Source: Octopus vulgaris (Eukaryota). From it: 64,000 nt of DNA. The position numbers were made by a program, and so were the translations under genes. Each line of letters begins with the position of its first letter. Within the stretch, counting starts at the first letter, position 1. Positions 24,266 to 38,147 of this stretch are shown one piece after another. Below the pieces are notes generated by a model. That model saw only the letters and a list, made by a program, of their open reading frames with translations, searched no databases and was not told the origin of the DNA. The stretch covers positions 34,534,001 through 34,598,000 of the forward strand of contig OX597824.1 of the NCBI GenBank assembly GCA_951406725.2. Reading direction: 5' to 3'.

Positions 24266-27200
24266 CTTGGGATGGGATGCATGAAAATTTATTGTTATAT
24301 GTAGATATACATCTTATATATAGACATACACATACATTTTTTCATACATGTACATACATACATACATACATACATCAGTGGCATATGGTGATTGTTGTAT
24401 TGAGTGTACTGCCACACCCAGCACCACCAAATTTCATGCAGATGCATAACAAAAGTGTTCTATTAAGATTTGTGATTAAATTGAGTAAGGTTAATATTTA
24501 TAATGAATTTGTCATTTTGAATGGGTATGCAGCACACGCTTAGCACATCTGGATTATATGCCCCCTGACATACATACTTACATATGTACATGCATGCACA
24601 ATATTTTATGAAATGGGATTTACTTGATTTGGTTTGCAGTCATATATTTCATTTTCATGAAGGTAACAGAAAAAGTCTATAAGGTTACTCGAACTGTTAA
24701 AAACAGCAACCAAATGTCCCTAAAATCACAGTCCTAGATACTAATGAGCTCTACCTCTGCTTATAAGTTGACTTCATTATGATTACAACTGCAGTATATT
24801 TTCATTGTTAGTTACTAAATGTTTTAACTAAATTTAAATTCCATAGGAATAAAATATTAAAAAAAAATCTCTGTTTTTGTCTTTTCAGGAACCTTATTAT
24901 CTTTATCAGACAGATTGTAAGTATTTTAATTAAACTGTCTTTCAAATTAAAAAACTATATTAGAATCATTTTTATCCATGTTAATGCACCTTATTTCTTT
25001 TAGAGGCTTGAAAGAAATGTAAAATTTATCATTTTGCATTTTTCAATTATTTTACATCAGCAATCCAATCATAACCACCACCACAGAAACTCTCTTTGAG
25101 ATACTGAGCATTTGGATTGTCATCACTAATGTTGATGTAATGAACAATAGATCTGAAGATATTGTTGTGATTTTAGAGAGAAGAAAGTAGATGTGTGCAG
25201 GCTCAAAGTGTTAATAGGGAGGGAAGCTTCTGCCAGACTCTTCACAGGCAATGAACACTCGTAAAAATTCTTTTAGTTGAGTAACCACATGACTGTAGGT
25301 TGAGAATGTGTACTGCAATCGTAGAAATTGAAAAGAGTGGTTGAGGTAGTGAGAGTGTGTGACAGAATAAATTTAAAATTAGATGAGAAACAAAAGCAAT
25401 GGTTATATCTACTGAGACACCTCAGTCTGGATTGAGGGATGAATGAAAGAACTATTTCTGTGACATCCACTTGTCAAGGTTGGTGACTTTAATTTACGTG
25501 TTGGTACAAACATGGTAAAGTGGGCATAACAATGGTGATGACATTAGCAAATAGTGACTGACAGAAAATTCAACAAAATGTTTGTGCATGTGTGCAGGAC
25601 TGGATTCAACCCAAAGGGGACCTGGGGCACTTCAATTTCATTGGGCTCCTCAGAAACAAGACTTAAAATCAATGAAAATCACCAGATTTAAATCTCAAAA
25701 CCCATATATTGCCTGCAATTGAATTTGACAAGTCAGCAGAGTAAGTTTAAATGCATCTATTAATGCAAAATTTTGTCATCTAAACTAATTACAGCAAATA
25801 TTACCAACTTATTGCTATGTACTACTTCAATACCTACACAAAATCTTTCTTTCTGCATTTGGCATTCAAAAAATCTTTAACGAATTCTTCAAACTGTATT
25901 GTCTTTAGGACACTGCTCTCTCATTGTGGTCCTCAGGTAATTCTTTATCAGACCCAATTTACTAAATGACCTCTTTCCAGAGCAATTTGTGACTATTAAG
26001 CTCAAAAATATTTTAAGAGCTACATCAATATAAAGAAAGGTTTCAGCAAGCCCTTCATTATAGATTAAAAGTGCCTGCTGAGATGGGGTAAAACTTGAGC
26101 TTACAAAAAGCTACAAACTGTACAATTTCTTCTATGAACACCTCATTAAGATCACAAGGGAAAGCAGTGATAAGTTTCACAGCTTCAGATTTTATTTCTG
26201 CATCAGGTAAACTACCTAAGTCCACTGTGACTTTAAACTTGTCATGCCCTGATTGATAGGTTACCCAGCATTTTTGTAAGGCAACAGACAACTGATCTAA
26301 AATAATATTGAATGTTCTGTATCTCATCGTCCTCAATATCTCTGAGTGTATTTTCTCTTGCAGAAAGGACAACTGCTTCAAAGGCTGATGCTAGATTTAT
26401 ATCACGTTTATTTCTCTTCCTTGATCTATCTATTGTTGCTTTATACTCTGTGTTTCCACACATGTTCCTGGCATCAAGCTCCAATTCTTCATACCTATCT
26501 TGAAGCAATTTCAGAAAGCTTTCCAAAGAATCAATAAGATAAATCACTTCATTCAAATCAACATTAACTCCTTGAAAAACTTCATTTGTACTGTAAAACT
26601 GTACAAGAATTATATGCCAGATTTTAGCTATCAGAGCAGTTTCAAGACAATCAATTCTGTCTGCTTGTGTCTGAACTTCATATCTTGCTTCAGGTGTTTG
26701 TTCTAGATCATCTCTGAGTGTATTTTGGATGCAACTATGTCCATCAATGAGGGCTTCAGTAGCATCAGTTCTTGCTGACCAACATGTTTCTGACAGAGAC
26801 TTCAAAGTTAGCGCTCTTTTATTGCCTTGCAACAATTTCATTAAATTTGCCCGTCTGTGCATTGATGCAGAAAAAAAGGTGTATAACATTTGTGTGAAAC
26901 CAAAATAGTTAACAGCTTCGACACAGCACGAAGCAGCAGCTTGCCCGATAAGATTCAATGAATGAGCAACACATGGAATAAAAACTGCAACCAGATTCTT
27001 TTCTTTGAGTGTAGCTTGCATTCCTGTATAATGACCAAACATATTACTGGCATTGTCATAGGACTCCCCTGCAGTCTTCAAAATTTATACCCTATTTCTT
27101 TTTAGGAATTCTGAGAGAGGTGTAGCCAGTACTTCCACTTTGTGGGAACCAGTTTGCAGGAAAGTTAAAAACCATTCTACCAGAAATAACATAACACACA

Positions 27201-30200
27201 ATAACTGTTAGCTAGTCAACATGAGTCCAGTCTACAGAAACAGAGAAGTACTTGGCAGTTTTAAGTTCTGCAACAATATAATTCTTGACATATTTTGCCA
27301 TTAATAGAGCAATTTCTTTGTAGATGGTAGGTGACAAGTATGACTGCTTGCCACTTCTAGGATTGCCAAATTTTTTCAAGTGGCCCATTAGAAATGGATC
27401 AAATTATGCTATAAGTTTCATAATTCCTAGAAAATTCCCATTGTGTTTAGAGCCTGTTATCTCTTCACAACCTCTCAATACTAGACCTCTTTCAGCTAGA
27501 AATATTGTCACAGCCACAACTTGGTGCGAGATTCCCTATATAAAAGGTTGAACTTCAACACAGAATCTCTGTGGCCTTGACTTTGTTCAAGTGTTTTCAT
27601 TTTCTTCTCTGTTTTTTTCCAGTCGTTAAAGCCTTCCTTGTTGGAAAACTTGTCACGTTGGCTTGACGTCAAGGTATAGTAAAAGCAATAAACTGCACTC
27701 TTTGATGAGCTGTACAGGAGTCACTTTCTTAAAAGCAGTTCACCATTTTCATGAATTGTATAAAACATTGAATTTATAAAATAACAACAGTGCCCAACCA
27801 GTTTATCTTCACCTGATTGATAATGATGTCAAGATTCTGGGTAGGAGTCAGTCATTTTTATTTTGACATATGGCTGATTTTGTCTGAAAGAACATGGACA
27901 CATACTTTTCTCAGACAGAAAACCATATGGCTGGGTCTGGATCCCATGATGCCATCTTACTAGTCATGACAGTAGATGATGGTTCTTCATCATTAGCTTC
28001 TGAGTTTTCTTTTTTTGAAGCAAAGAAAATTTCTGTAAGGCATCATGTATTTGCAAATACAACAGCATTGTTTTTCACTTTTTTCTTTAGAAATTTTTCT
28101 CTTCTTAGCTCTTGACAGTTGAATTTTCCATGGCATTCTTAGATATTCTGAGAGTATAATATATAATCTGAATAGAAGCAAATGAAAATAGTTTCAGAAA
28201 TAAAAGGAAGCTGGAACTGATAACAGCAATATAGAATCACTTCAGTTAACCCTGCCACAGGTATATTAAGACAGGCACTTTGCAAATACCTGTTACACTT
28301 GTGTAAGTAGCCCTGCTGCCAAAGTTAATCAAAATTTAATAGAAAAGAGTTTTAGGGAAACAATAAATCAAGGATTACAAATTAAGGATTTGGTTTCCAT
28401 AAAATTATTTTTCTTCAAAATTGTTTCACTTGAATTGAATTGAAAAGGTGCCAGAATCACTTCAAAAGATATAATTTAAGAAGAAATTTTGTATTTCATA
28501 GATCTCTCTTTAAACTATCTGATAGCAATTTTTGAGCATACAACTTTACTTTTACTTTTGTTACATTTGCAGATGCAATGGCCCTAATCATTTTGTGAAG
28601 GAAGAGGGTATTATGGATTGCAATTAAGATGTCTTGCTATTAGTTATCCTTGGGCTTATTCATTTGTTTGTTTCAACTTTTCTTCATTTTTTTATACCTC
28701 TACATAAAATAAAAGGCAACTCCAAAATTAACTAATGTTTGGTAGAGATAGTTAAACATTGGTGGGTATAGACAATCTGAAAGAATAATTAGCCTCTTCA
28801 TGCAAGATTGTTGGGAAGTGGAGTGGCCACCCTGTATTGAGTGCACTATTTCCTTCATAGAAAGGAGCTCTCAATATTAAGGGGTGGGGCCGGGGCAATT
28901 GCATATTTGGCACCCCCATAAATCTGGCCCTGTGTGTGTGTGTGTGTGTGTGTATACATACACACATGCACAGTCAGACAGGTTATTTGTGATATACATA
29001 AAGGTCAGAAGACATTGTAAATTTGCAGCCTTTTAAATATCTTAAACAACAAAGACTGAATTAGTGTTCTTTAGTAAAAAAATATTGTTTTGTGTGAGTG
29101 TTTTACCATCGATTAGACAGGTTTGACTGTGTCATGTCAATCTCCTTCATCACCTAGCACCTACAGCAACAGAATAAAGTCTACCAACTCTGCTGTTGTT
29201 TAGTACATAATGTTATTTTTAGTATGTCTTCACAGCTAACTGGATGTTTTTTTTCTGTTAGAACCCATTCCACAACATTGATACTTTTTATCATGCTACT
29301 GAAAATGGAAAAATTGTTTGATGTAGGACCAAAGTCTTCTCTCTAATCTTTCTTTGTTCCTTTCTTTCTCCTTTTTGGCAAGTTTTTTACAACTAGATTC
29401 CTCTCCTATCACAACCACTTAATATAAACTTGATTGACTGCAATTTGTTATGCCATGGGTACTTGAGGGATTGTGTGCTGTGAGCCCCACTTCACCTCTG
29501 TTCATTTATTTGGCATGGTTTTCACCTTTAGACACCCTTTCTGTTGCCAGCCTCATTGTCGACCAGGTTAATTTTATCATATAACCAGCAGCTCTAGAAT
29601 GTTTTGGGATAGACTAAATATCCCCCTCTATCTTGCATCAGTTTTTCACTTGAAGGACTATATATTTCTCTACCAATTGGCTGACAGTGGCAACTGGGTA
29701 TAAAATGATGCTTCCATAATGTATGTAGATAGGATAGGGTTTATAGATGCAATCTACAAATGAGGCTATCTCTCTAACATTGCATAGTTTAGTTGTGAAG
29801 AGAGTATATATTGATAGAATTTAAAGTAATTAGTGGTAGGTGTAGAGGGGTGTAGGGAAATATAAAATAAATGGTACTGTTTCTATAATTTATAAACAAA
29901 AACTTTATGTTGATGATTCAGATAAACTCATTTAAACAAGATTTACATATTTCATGTGATCAACTAAATTAGAAAATAATGATAAGAATGGTTGATTATC
30001 TCAACTAAGTGCTGCAGCCCCTCATTCCATGCTTTTTCTCCTTATATGATATCCAAGAGTGTTAGCATATGGCTGAGTAGTGAGGGTGTTGCCCTTGTAA
30101 TTTCAAAACTGTTGATTTGATTCCCAGACCAAGTTGCACATGGTGATCTTGAAAAACAAACAAACACTTCATCTCATGTTACTCTGCCAATACTTTGATA

Positions 30201-33200
30201 TCTGATGTGTAGCATCATGTACACGGGTACATGGAATGTTTATTTGATGGAAGGAGGGGGCTTATGTACAGCACAAACATTTGATCCTTATAAACAAATC
30301 ATTTATGCAGAAATTGCTGAACCATCATCTGTCATCTACAACAGGAATGTCCATGCATATCCAAGAGCTATTGATGATGTAAAAATTGTTTTTTTTTCTA
30401 TAATGTCAATAGATTTCAAAGAAATATTTTCCATGTTTCAGGTTGTCAGGAGGATTTGGATGTTTTCAAACCTTTTCCTAATGGAAAGTACCCAGAAAAG
30501 CCAAAGATTCTTGAACTAACAGATTTCCTGCGAAATGAAAAAAGAGGAATAAAAGCTGTGTGGAATGCAAGTAAGAAAATTTCTCTAAAATTCTATAAGC
30601 CATTATTATGTTATAATCAAGGTGCATATACTTCAAAAAATGTTTACTGCATAGACAAAGATTCCATTTCCTAAAGCTAATTAAAAAATTTTGTTTTTAT
30701 ATAGATTCTGTACTAAATTTTATGTCAGATCTAGTTCTTAAAATGTGAACATTGTAATGTTTTATCAGTTATTATTGTATAACATTTTCCAAGACCTAAA
30801 TAATAAGACAATTTTTTTGCTAGCTGGTTCTGATTCTCAATAAAATTTATTTTCTTTTGGTACAAAGACTTTTGTAAAAGGCAGAAATGTTGCAAATTCT
30901 TGCTGCTTCTTCTTGTTATAAATATGCAAAAAAAAAAAAAGATTAAAGGTAGAAAATAAAAAAATATATATAGTGAGTATGATACTCTTTATAGCAGTAA
31001 AACACACACACAATATTAAAAATAGTTATAAAGTTATGTCACTGTATGTGGTTGTACAAGTTAGTTTTGGTAAAATCTTCAAGCCTGTAGATATGTATAT
31101 TTTTGGAATCATTGTATGAGTAAATTATATATATATTATTTTGTTTTAATAGATTTAACCCATTTAAAAGGATTTAAAATTGAATATGAGTTTAAAGATT
31201 CTGGTAAGAAAATCTGTAGAATTTTGGACTTTTCTAAATTTCTGAGGAAGAACAAATCCATTAGTAATGTGAGTACAATTCTATCTTTAAAGAATCTTCC
31301 CTTAACCCCAGGAAGGTGGTCATCTACATGGAATATATTACAGACCCTGCATGTTGTATTGTTGATTTGCTGGAGATGAAATTATTTTTTAGCCTTAGTC
31401 TAGCTGACTTTTGATCAGAAGTACTTCAGTCTTGACCACCTTGTATTTTATTCATACAGAGTGTTTCTAGGAATACACTACCAAATACTTTCATTTTAGA
31501 AACAGGATGGGAAGTGATTTGAGGGGTATTTAACTTTTATATTTAGTAGGTTAAGCAACCATATAGAAGTTCTCTCATTAGCTTGGTGAAGTTGAACTAA
31601 ATTTTAAGGTTGATTATAAAGATAATGTTAGAGACAAAGGGACCGATGTGGACTTTTGGAGTGAAAGTTCTATTTTGGATGTTGCTGGAGGAAGGGACTT
31701 CTGACGAAATGGTTTGGTAAATATTTGTTCCTTTTGAAGGAAAAAATTGGAAAATTAAAGTGAGATGTGAATGTTTTTTGGCTTGGACTGTAGAAAGTAG
31801 AAGTTGTTGAGCATTGAAGATAATAAAAGAGCTAAAAAGAAGAAAAGTTCCTCATTAAGTTCACACGTGTGTAATATGTATGTAATGGCTCTGCTTCTTA
31901 GCTATGACTTAGTGAAGACTAACATCAACAACAGATTTGAAGTAAGCGTGTATAAAGAAGAATTATCACATTTCCTTGTATTTAAAAGAGTAGGCATTCC
32001 TTGTTATATAAATGGTAGAGCCAGAGATATTGAGAAAAGGTAATTGTGACTTCAATATTTTTGATGAAAAAAGTAATTGAGACAGAAGTGAGGAGAATCA
32101 GTGAGGTTCTAATATACACAGGTAAAAAAAACTATGAATGTTGTTGACAATGATAAATGTCAATGAAGGTGAGAAGTGCAAGAAGCTTTGGTATAAGGTA
32201 TTAAAATGCCTGCTAAATATGTTAGTCACTTCAAATGATATCAAAATTAATATAAATGAGCCGACAAAGAATTGTTTAAATAATCCTTGTGGAGGATTAG
32301 ATTTAGACAATGAAAAATATGTAAAAATGATAACAGAGTAAAATAGCTGAATGTTTTAATTTTTTAAATATAATTAAAATTATTATAAAATTTGATTGAA
32401 CTGAGCAATATTTTAAATATTCTATTATATTAGTAGAATTTAAAAAATTTATTTGCAGCATAACTTTGAATTTGAAATACATCCTGTAAGAAAAAATAAA
32501 GAACTTTTGGTTCATCTTCATCCATTGCCAGAATCTGGAAACAACTATCCTCCTGCTCAGGAAGTTGATACATTCAGTAAGGAACCATAAATTATTATTT
32601 ATTTAAAATCTTGGAGGAAACTGGTGGGGGCATCATCATCATCATCATCATCACCATCATCACCATCATCACCACCACCACCACCTCCTCCTCCTCCTCC
32701 TCCTCCTTGGAGGAAACTGGTGGGGGCATCATCACCATTTTTACCACCACCACCATTATAGATCTCTTGGCATGATCTTGGAGAGGGTTGTATCATCAGG
32801 GTCAATGGTTCTTGTTTGGAATTTCTGCAGCCTAGATGGGCTAAGGACGATTCTCACCATATCACATTTGATTTTTGGCATGATTTCATTGGCTGGATGC
32901 TCTTTTGAACACCAACAACTTTACAGAATATACTGTTACCTTTTATCATGGCAACAATGCTAGACAGGTTGTCATATCTTTGATAAGACTAAAGAATTAT
33001 CTGTATGCTCTCTATATTTATTCTAGACATTGTAACCAAGAAGAAAGGGATAACATCGACAGAACCATAGTAAGAGAGTAAGAGAAGAGTGAGTGAGAAG
33101 AGGGAAGCAGAGTAATGTGTGAGTGAGGAGGTATGAAACATGATGGAAGAGAGATAGTGATAAAGACCTACATTTTGGTTATTGGTAAGGAGGTTGAATA

Positions 33201-36200
33201 GAAAAAATACTAAGAATGGCCTGATAGTGAAATCTGAGAAATAATCTTAAACAGACTGAAAGAAAGATGGTAGCATCTGTTGTCCCAAAGAATGTTTTAG
33301 ACAGGATTCCATGCTTTGTGCTCTGGTAGGCACTTAAGGAAGCTACAGCTAGATGAATATGGTGTCAGGGTTGTACAAACCATAGTGACAGTTTAGTAAT
33401 GAGTTCAATTTAACAGACAGTTGATTATCTTCTGGGCTCAATTATCAGCCCCACCTTATAGATGTTTAGGCCATGTCTGAGGAACTTAATACTGGCTGTT
33501 CATGGCAATTCCTATCTAATTGCACAGCATTATATTAATAGGAAGAATGACTTCTTTCTGCTGTTCATGATTCTAAACATTCACAGACATTTCTGCTGCA
33601 AGTTTCTGACATGTGAGAGAGCATGTTAACCGCTACTGTTAAAGATGAGATTTGGTAATAAAGGTATTGAAGCCTGTTGGTGGGAATGTCTCTTGTAATA
33701 TTGTGGGAACAACAATCATTCAAATATTGACATGAAAATTGTAACCTTAAATATTTTCTTTTCTGCTTGAATTTAGTCAACCTTGGCCTACTTTAATAAC
33801 ATTTACTATGTTCACATAAATGGTTTTCCTTTACTTTTGCAGTGTGCCGTGAATGGTTAAGTGAAATGGATTATTCATTGAAAGATGATATGTTAATTGT
33901 GCAGTTTAAACAAGGACCTTCAAAATGTAATATAAAAATGTATAATTTAACACTTTATGATGGACAGTCACGCATTTTAAAGGAGGCAGCTGTCAATTCT
34001 TCCAAGGTTTGTCATTTTTCTCTGTTGCAGTGTTATTTGTAAATTATCAGTAATGAAATAGAAATATTTCTTTTTTAAGGCAAATTATTTCTCTGTCTTG
34101 AGTCATATTATTCGTTAATTCATTCTATGTAGAGATCTGTTACATAGAACTCATTCTCTTGTATTGGTTTACTGATTTACCATGTATTTGAATTCCCTGC
34201 CATAGAAAATGTAGAGGCTTTTAATATAGATTTTATAAACTCTCATTAAAATGTTCTCAGAACATTTTATCTGGGATTAACATCATTGAAAAGATGCAAG
34301 TGAAATAAATGTAAGCTTATTGCTTTCTTCCCTAAACTATTTTCTGAGAGAAGATCTCATTTTAAACTTTTTGTCATCAACTATTACCATATTCTACATG
34401 AAAACGGAAATAAAAATTCTATCTTATTAAAAAATTATTTTAATATGGACATATTAAAAACCAGTTTTGAAGAGGCTCTGCTAAATTACTTTATACCTTC
34501 ATGTCATTTAACTACATATATTCTTTACAGATAATTTTTTTTGTTATCTTCTTCAGACACTCTCCAAATTAAAACACAAATTTCATGGATTATGTCCTGG
34601 AACCTATGAAATAAGTGTAAGTTATTCTCCATATTGGTTTTTACTCTCTTTTTTACTCTTTTACTTGTTTCAGTCATTTGACTGCGGCCATAGTGGAGCA
34701 CCACCTTTAATCGAGCAACTCGACCCCGGGACTTATTCTTTTGTAAGCCCAGTACTTATTCTATCGGTCTCTTTTGCCGAACCGCTAAGTAACGGGGACA
34801 TAAACACACCAGCATCGGTTATCAAGCAATGCTAGGGGGACAAACACAGACACACAAACACACACACGCATAAATATATACATATATACGACGGGCTTCT
34901 TTCAGTTTCCGTCTACCAAATCCACTCACAAGGCTTTGGTCGGCCCGAGGCTATAGTAGAAGACACTTGCCCAAGGTGCCACGCAGTGGGACTGAACCCG
35001 GAACCATGTGGTTGGTAAACAAGCTACTTACCACACAGCCACTCCTGCGCCTATTGGTCGTTGTTTACATTTTTAAAAATTATAATGTTCTAAATTATAA
35101 TGTTCTAAAAGGATTCTGTTAATTTGGATAATAGCATAAATTATCTTTGGTCCTCACGTCGCTGGACATTGGCAAACTTCCTCTTTTCTGCTTCACCCTT
35201 GGCTATGTATACCTGTCGCCCAGCCTCCCTTTTGGCTACCTGATACAGTTCCCTGCTACCCCCTTCCCTCCAGGCTTTCCAGGCCTGTTTCTTTGCTCTA
35301 ATGGCTTTGTCTACCATACTATTCCACCACCATGTAATTCTAGGTCTGGAAGGGACTTTGCACCATCCACAGACTTGGTCTGTGGCACTCAGTAAGCTCT
35401 CCCATGAGAATTTCCAGCTATCTTCTCACCTAAGATATCTTAGAATTTGTAGGATTAAGTTGGATCCGTTAATAATAATAATAAAAAGAAAAATAGCCTA
35501 AGGACATACTGGTGGATTTATGTGTTAGGTGTAGCCTGGTAAAACAAACCATCACGGCAGAAACACATGTAGAGTTGATATCATTCCAAGTATCTGAAAA
35601 TCTACAAATATCCATAGAGTGTGCATTACAACAGGTATCAAAAATGGAGTTAGTAAATCATTTTAATACGTCGTTTAGTATCATTTCATCATTCTATATA
35701 ACCAATCTTGCATAATATCGTAACCATATCAGTACCTAAAAATTAATTTCTATGTGTTATGCAAGATTTTTTTATTGCACATGTTGGAAATGACCCCCTT
35801 AGAACTCCATCAAAAATATTATTGTTTTATGGTATTTTGAGGAATCATTTAAAATGAATTTTGGATTTGATCAATGCTTTTGTTATTTGGACTCTAACAG
35901 ACAAATTCGATGACTGGCTATTGTCTGAAGAAGCAGAATTTGAAGACTACCTGCGATTGGTATATGTTTGCTAGGATTTTCATCCTCATCATTTAATGTC
36001 TCTTTTTCCATGCTGGAATAGGCTGGACATTTTGGCAGGAACCAATAAGGCAAACTACATATACACAAACACACACACACATGAACTACACTTTAATTGA
36101 AATAAAGTTTTCCCCCAAATTAAACATATCTAATATAATAAATGTGAATGTCAGTGTGTCACACTTTTTCTACTTTAATAAATCCTTTCAACTGGAAGCA

Positions 36201-38101
36201 CAAGGCCTCAGATTTGGGGTGAAGGGATTAAGTCGATTACATTGACCCTGAAAAAATGAAATGCAAAGTCAACCTTGGCAGAATTTGAACTCAAAACCTA
36301 ACGGCAGACAAAATACCACCAAACATTTCACCTGACATACTAACTACATCTGCTTTGGCATGGTTTCAACAGCTGAATGTCCTTCCTAATACCAGTCACT
36401 TAACAAAGTGTATTGGGTGCTTTTCTGTGGCACCAGCTCTTGTGAGATCACAAGTGTGGTATAGTATTGAGGGAAGTGAAAGTATGACAGAAGTACAGGA
36501 GCAGGTGTGTTGCTGAAAAGGTGAATACATGTGGCTTCTCCAACTGGAAAGAGAGAAAGATGTGAGGTTAGGTACAAGGATATGTTATGATGAAAGTATT
36601 GAAGCTTCTCTCTCGTTTGTTTTGTTTGTTTATTTCAATATTAATTCAGTGGATGTATTTTTTTATTTTCTTTTTTAAAGGTTGAAATATTTGATGAATT
36701 TTGGAATGATGATGAAAAATGTATATGTAGAGCAAAGAATGGAAGATGTGGTGTCCAATGTTATCGGTCGGTGTCCGATAAAATTAAAAGTAAGCAAAAC
36801 TAAAACAATGCCAAAGGGAAAACATTATTAAAGGTTGATGGATGGAGAGGGATATAAGATCCGTGGGAGTTTCAGAGTAATGTAGTTGTATGATGGTGGC
36901 AGTCATGAATAAGTTGCTTAATGGACTTTTTGGGAATAAGACAGAGTATATGTAATGGGAGAAATTAGGGGTGATAGGTAGTCAGCCAGTTCAGATAGTA
37001 GAGGTAGATGAAACAGACTGTGAGGTCATAATTTGAAAACAGGTGAGTGATCAAATATCATTTTTGAATAAAGGGTTGCTTTATGAAGTCATCATCATCA
37101 TCATCATCATTTAACGTTCGCTTTCCATGCTAGCATGGGTTGAATGATTTGACTGAGGTCTGGTGAACCAGATGGCTGCACCAGACTGCAATCTGATCTG
37201 GCAGAGTTTCTACAGCTGGATGCCCTTCCTAACGCCAACCACTCCAAGAGTGTAGTGAGTGCTTTTAGGTGCAACCGGCACGAGGGCCAGTCAGGTGGTA
37301 CTGGCAATGACCTTGCTTGAATGTTTTTTCCTGTGCCACCAGCACAAGTGCCAGTAAGGCGACGCAGGTAACGCTCTCTCTCAAATGGTGTTTTTTATGT
37401 GCCACCGACATGGAGGCCAGCTTGTTGCTCTGGCAATGATCACGCTTGCATAGCGCTCCCAGCGCTCCACCCATGAGGATGCCAGTCATTGAATTTAATT
37501 TTGATTTCACTTGCCACAACAGTGAAATCGAAATTGAAATCAAATTCGATGACTGGCATCCGTGCTAGTGGAACACCAAATGTTTCTATTCTCTGCTGTC
37601 TTAAATGTAGGTATGTAGGGTTGAAGACACTCTTCCAATTGTGGAAGCAGTAATTTAGTGTAAAACAGACTTGTATGTTGTGTAGAATTAGCTGTTAGTT
37701 TGAGAGTAAATGTTTGAAAAGGCAACTCAGCAATAATTGTTCTCAATCAAATGGAACGAAAAGATCCGACTGGATCAATAACTTTAATTTAACATAGACA
37801 TTTGCCAAGGGATAAAGATTAGTGTTATTAAACCAGGGTAAGTGAAACAAAAGGATGTAGTTATAAGTATTCTCTAATATTATCAACTAAGCATAGTTGA
37901 AAATCTAGTAATCTTTTATTTCAAATCACACCTGGTAGGATAAAAACAACTTTGTAATTTACTTACATGATAGCGTATATTTAGATTTATAACATCTAGA
38001 TGTCAAAGGAACGTCTGCAGCCTCTTGGCTTCCCAGACCTCGGTCGAACCGTCCAACCCATGCTAGCATGGAAAACGGACATTAAACGATGATGATGATG
38101 A

Positions 38102-38147
<46 letters not shown>

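Noticed and set aside
26242-27081. 279-aa ORF as a domesticated ZMYM1-like gene
   Set aside because: Lies within TIR/TSD-bounded hAT DNA, and the rest of the transposase is broken by stops and frameshifts.
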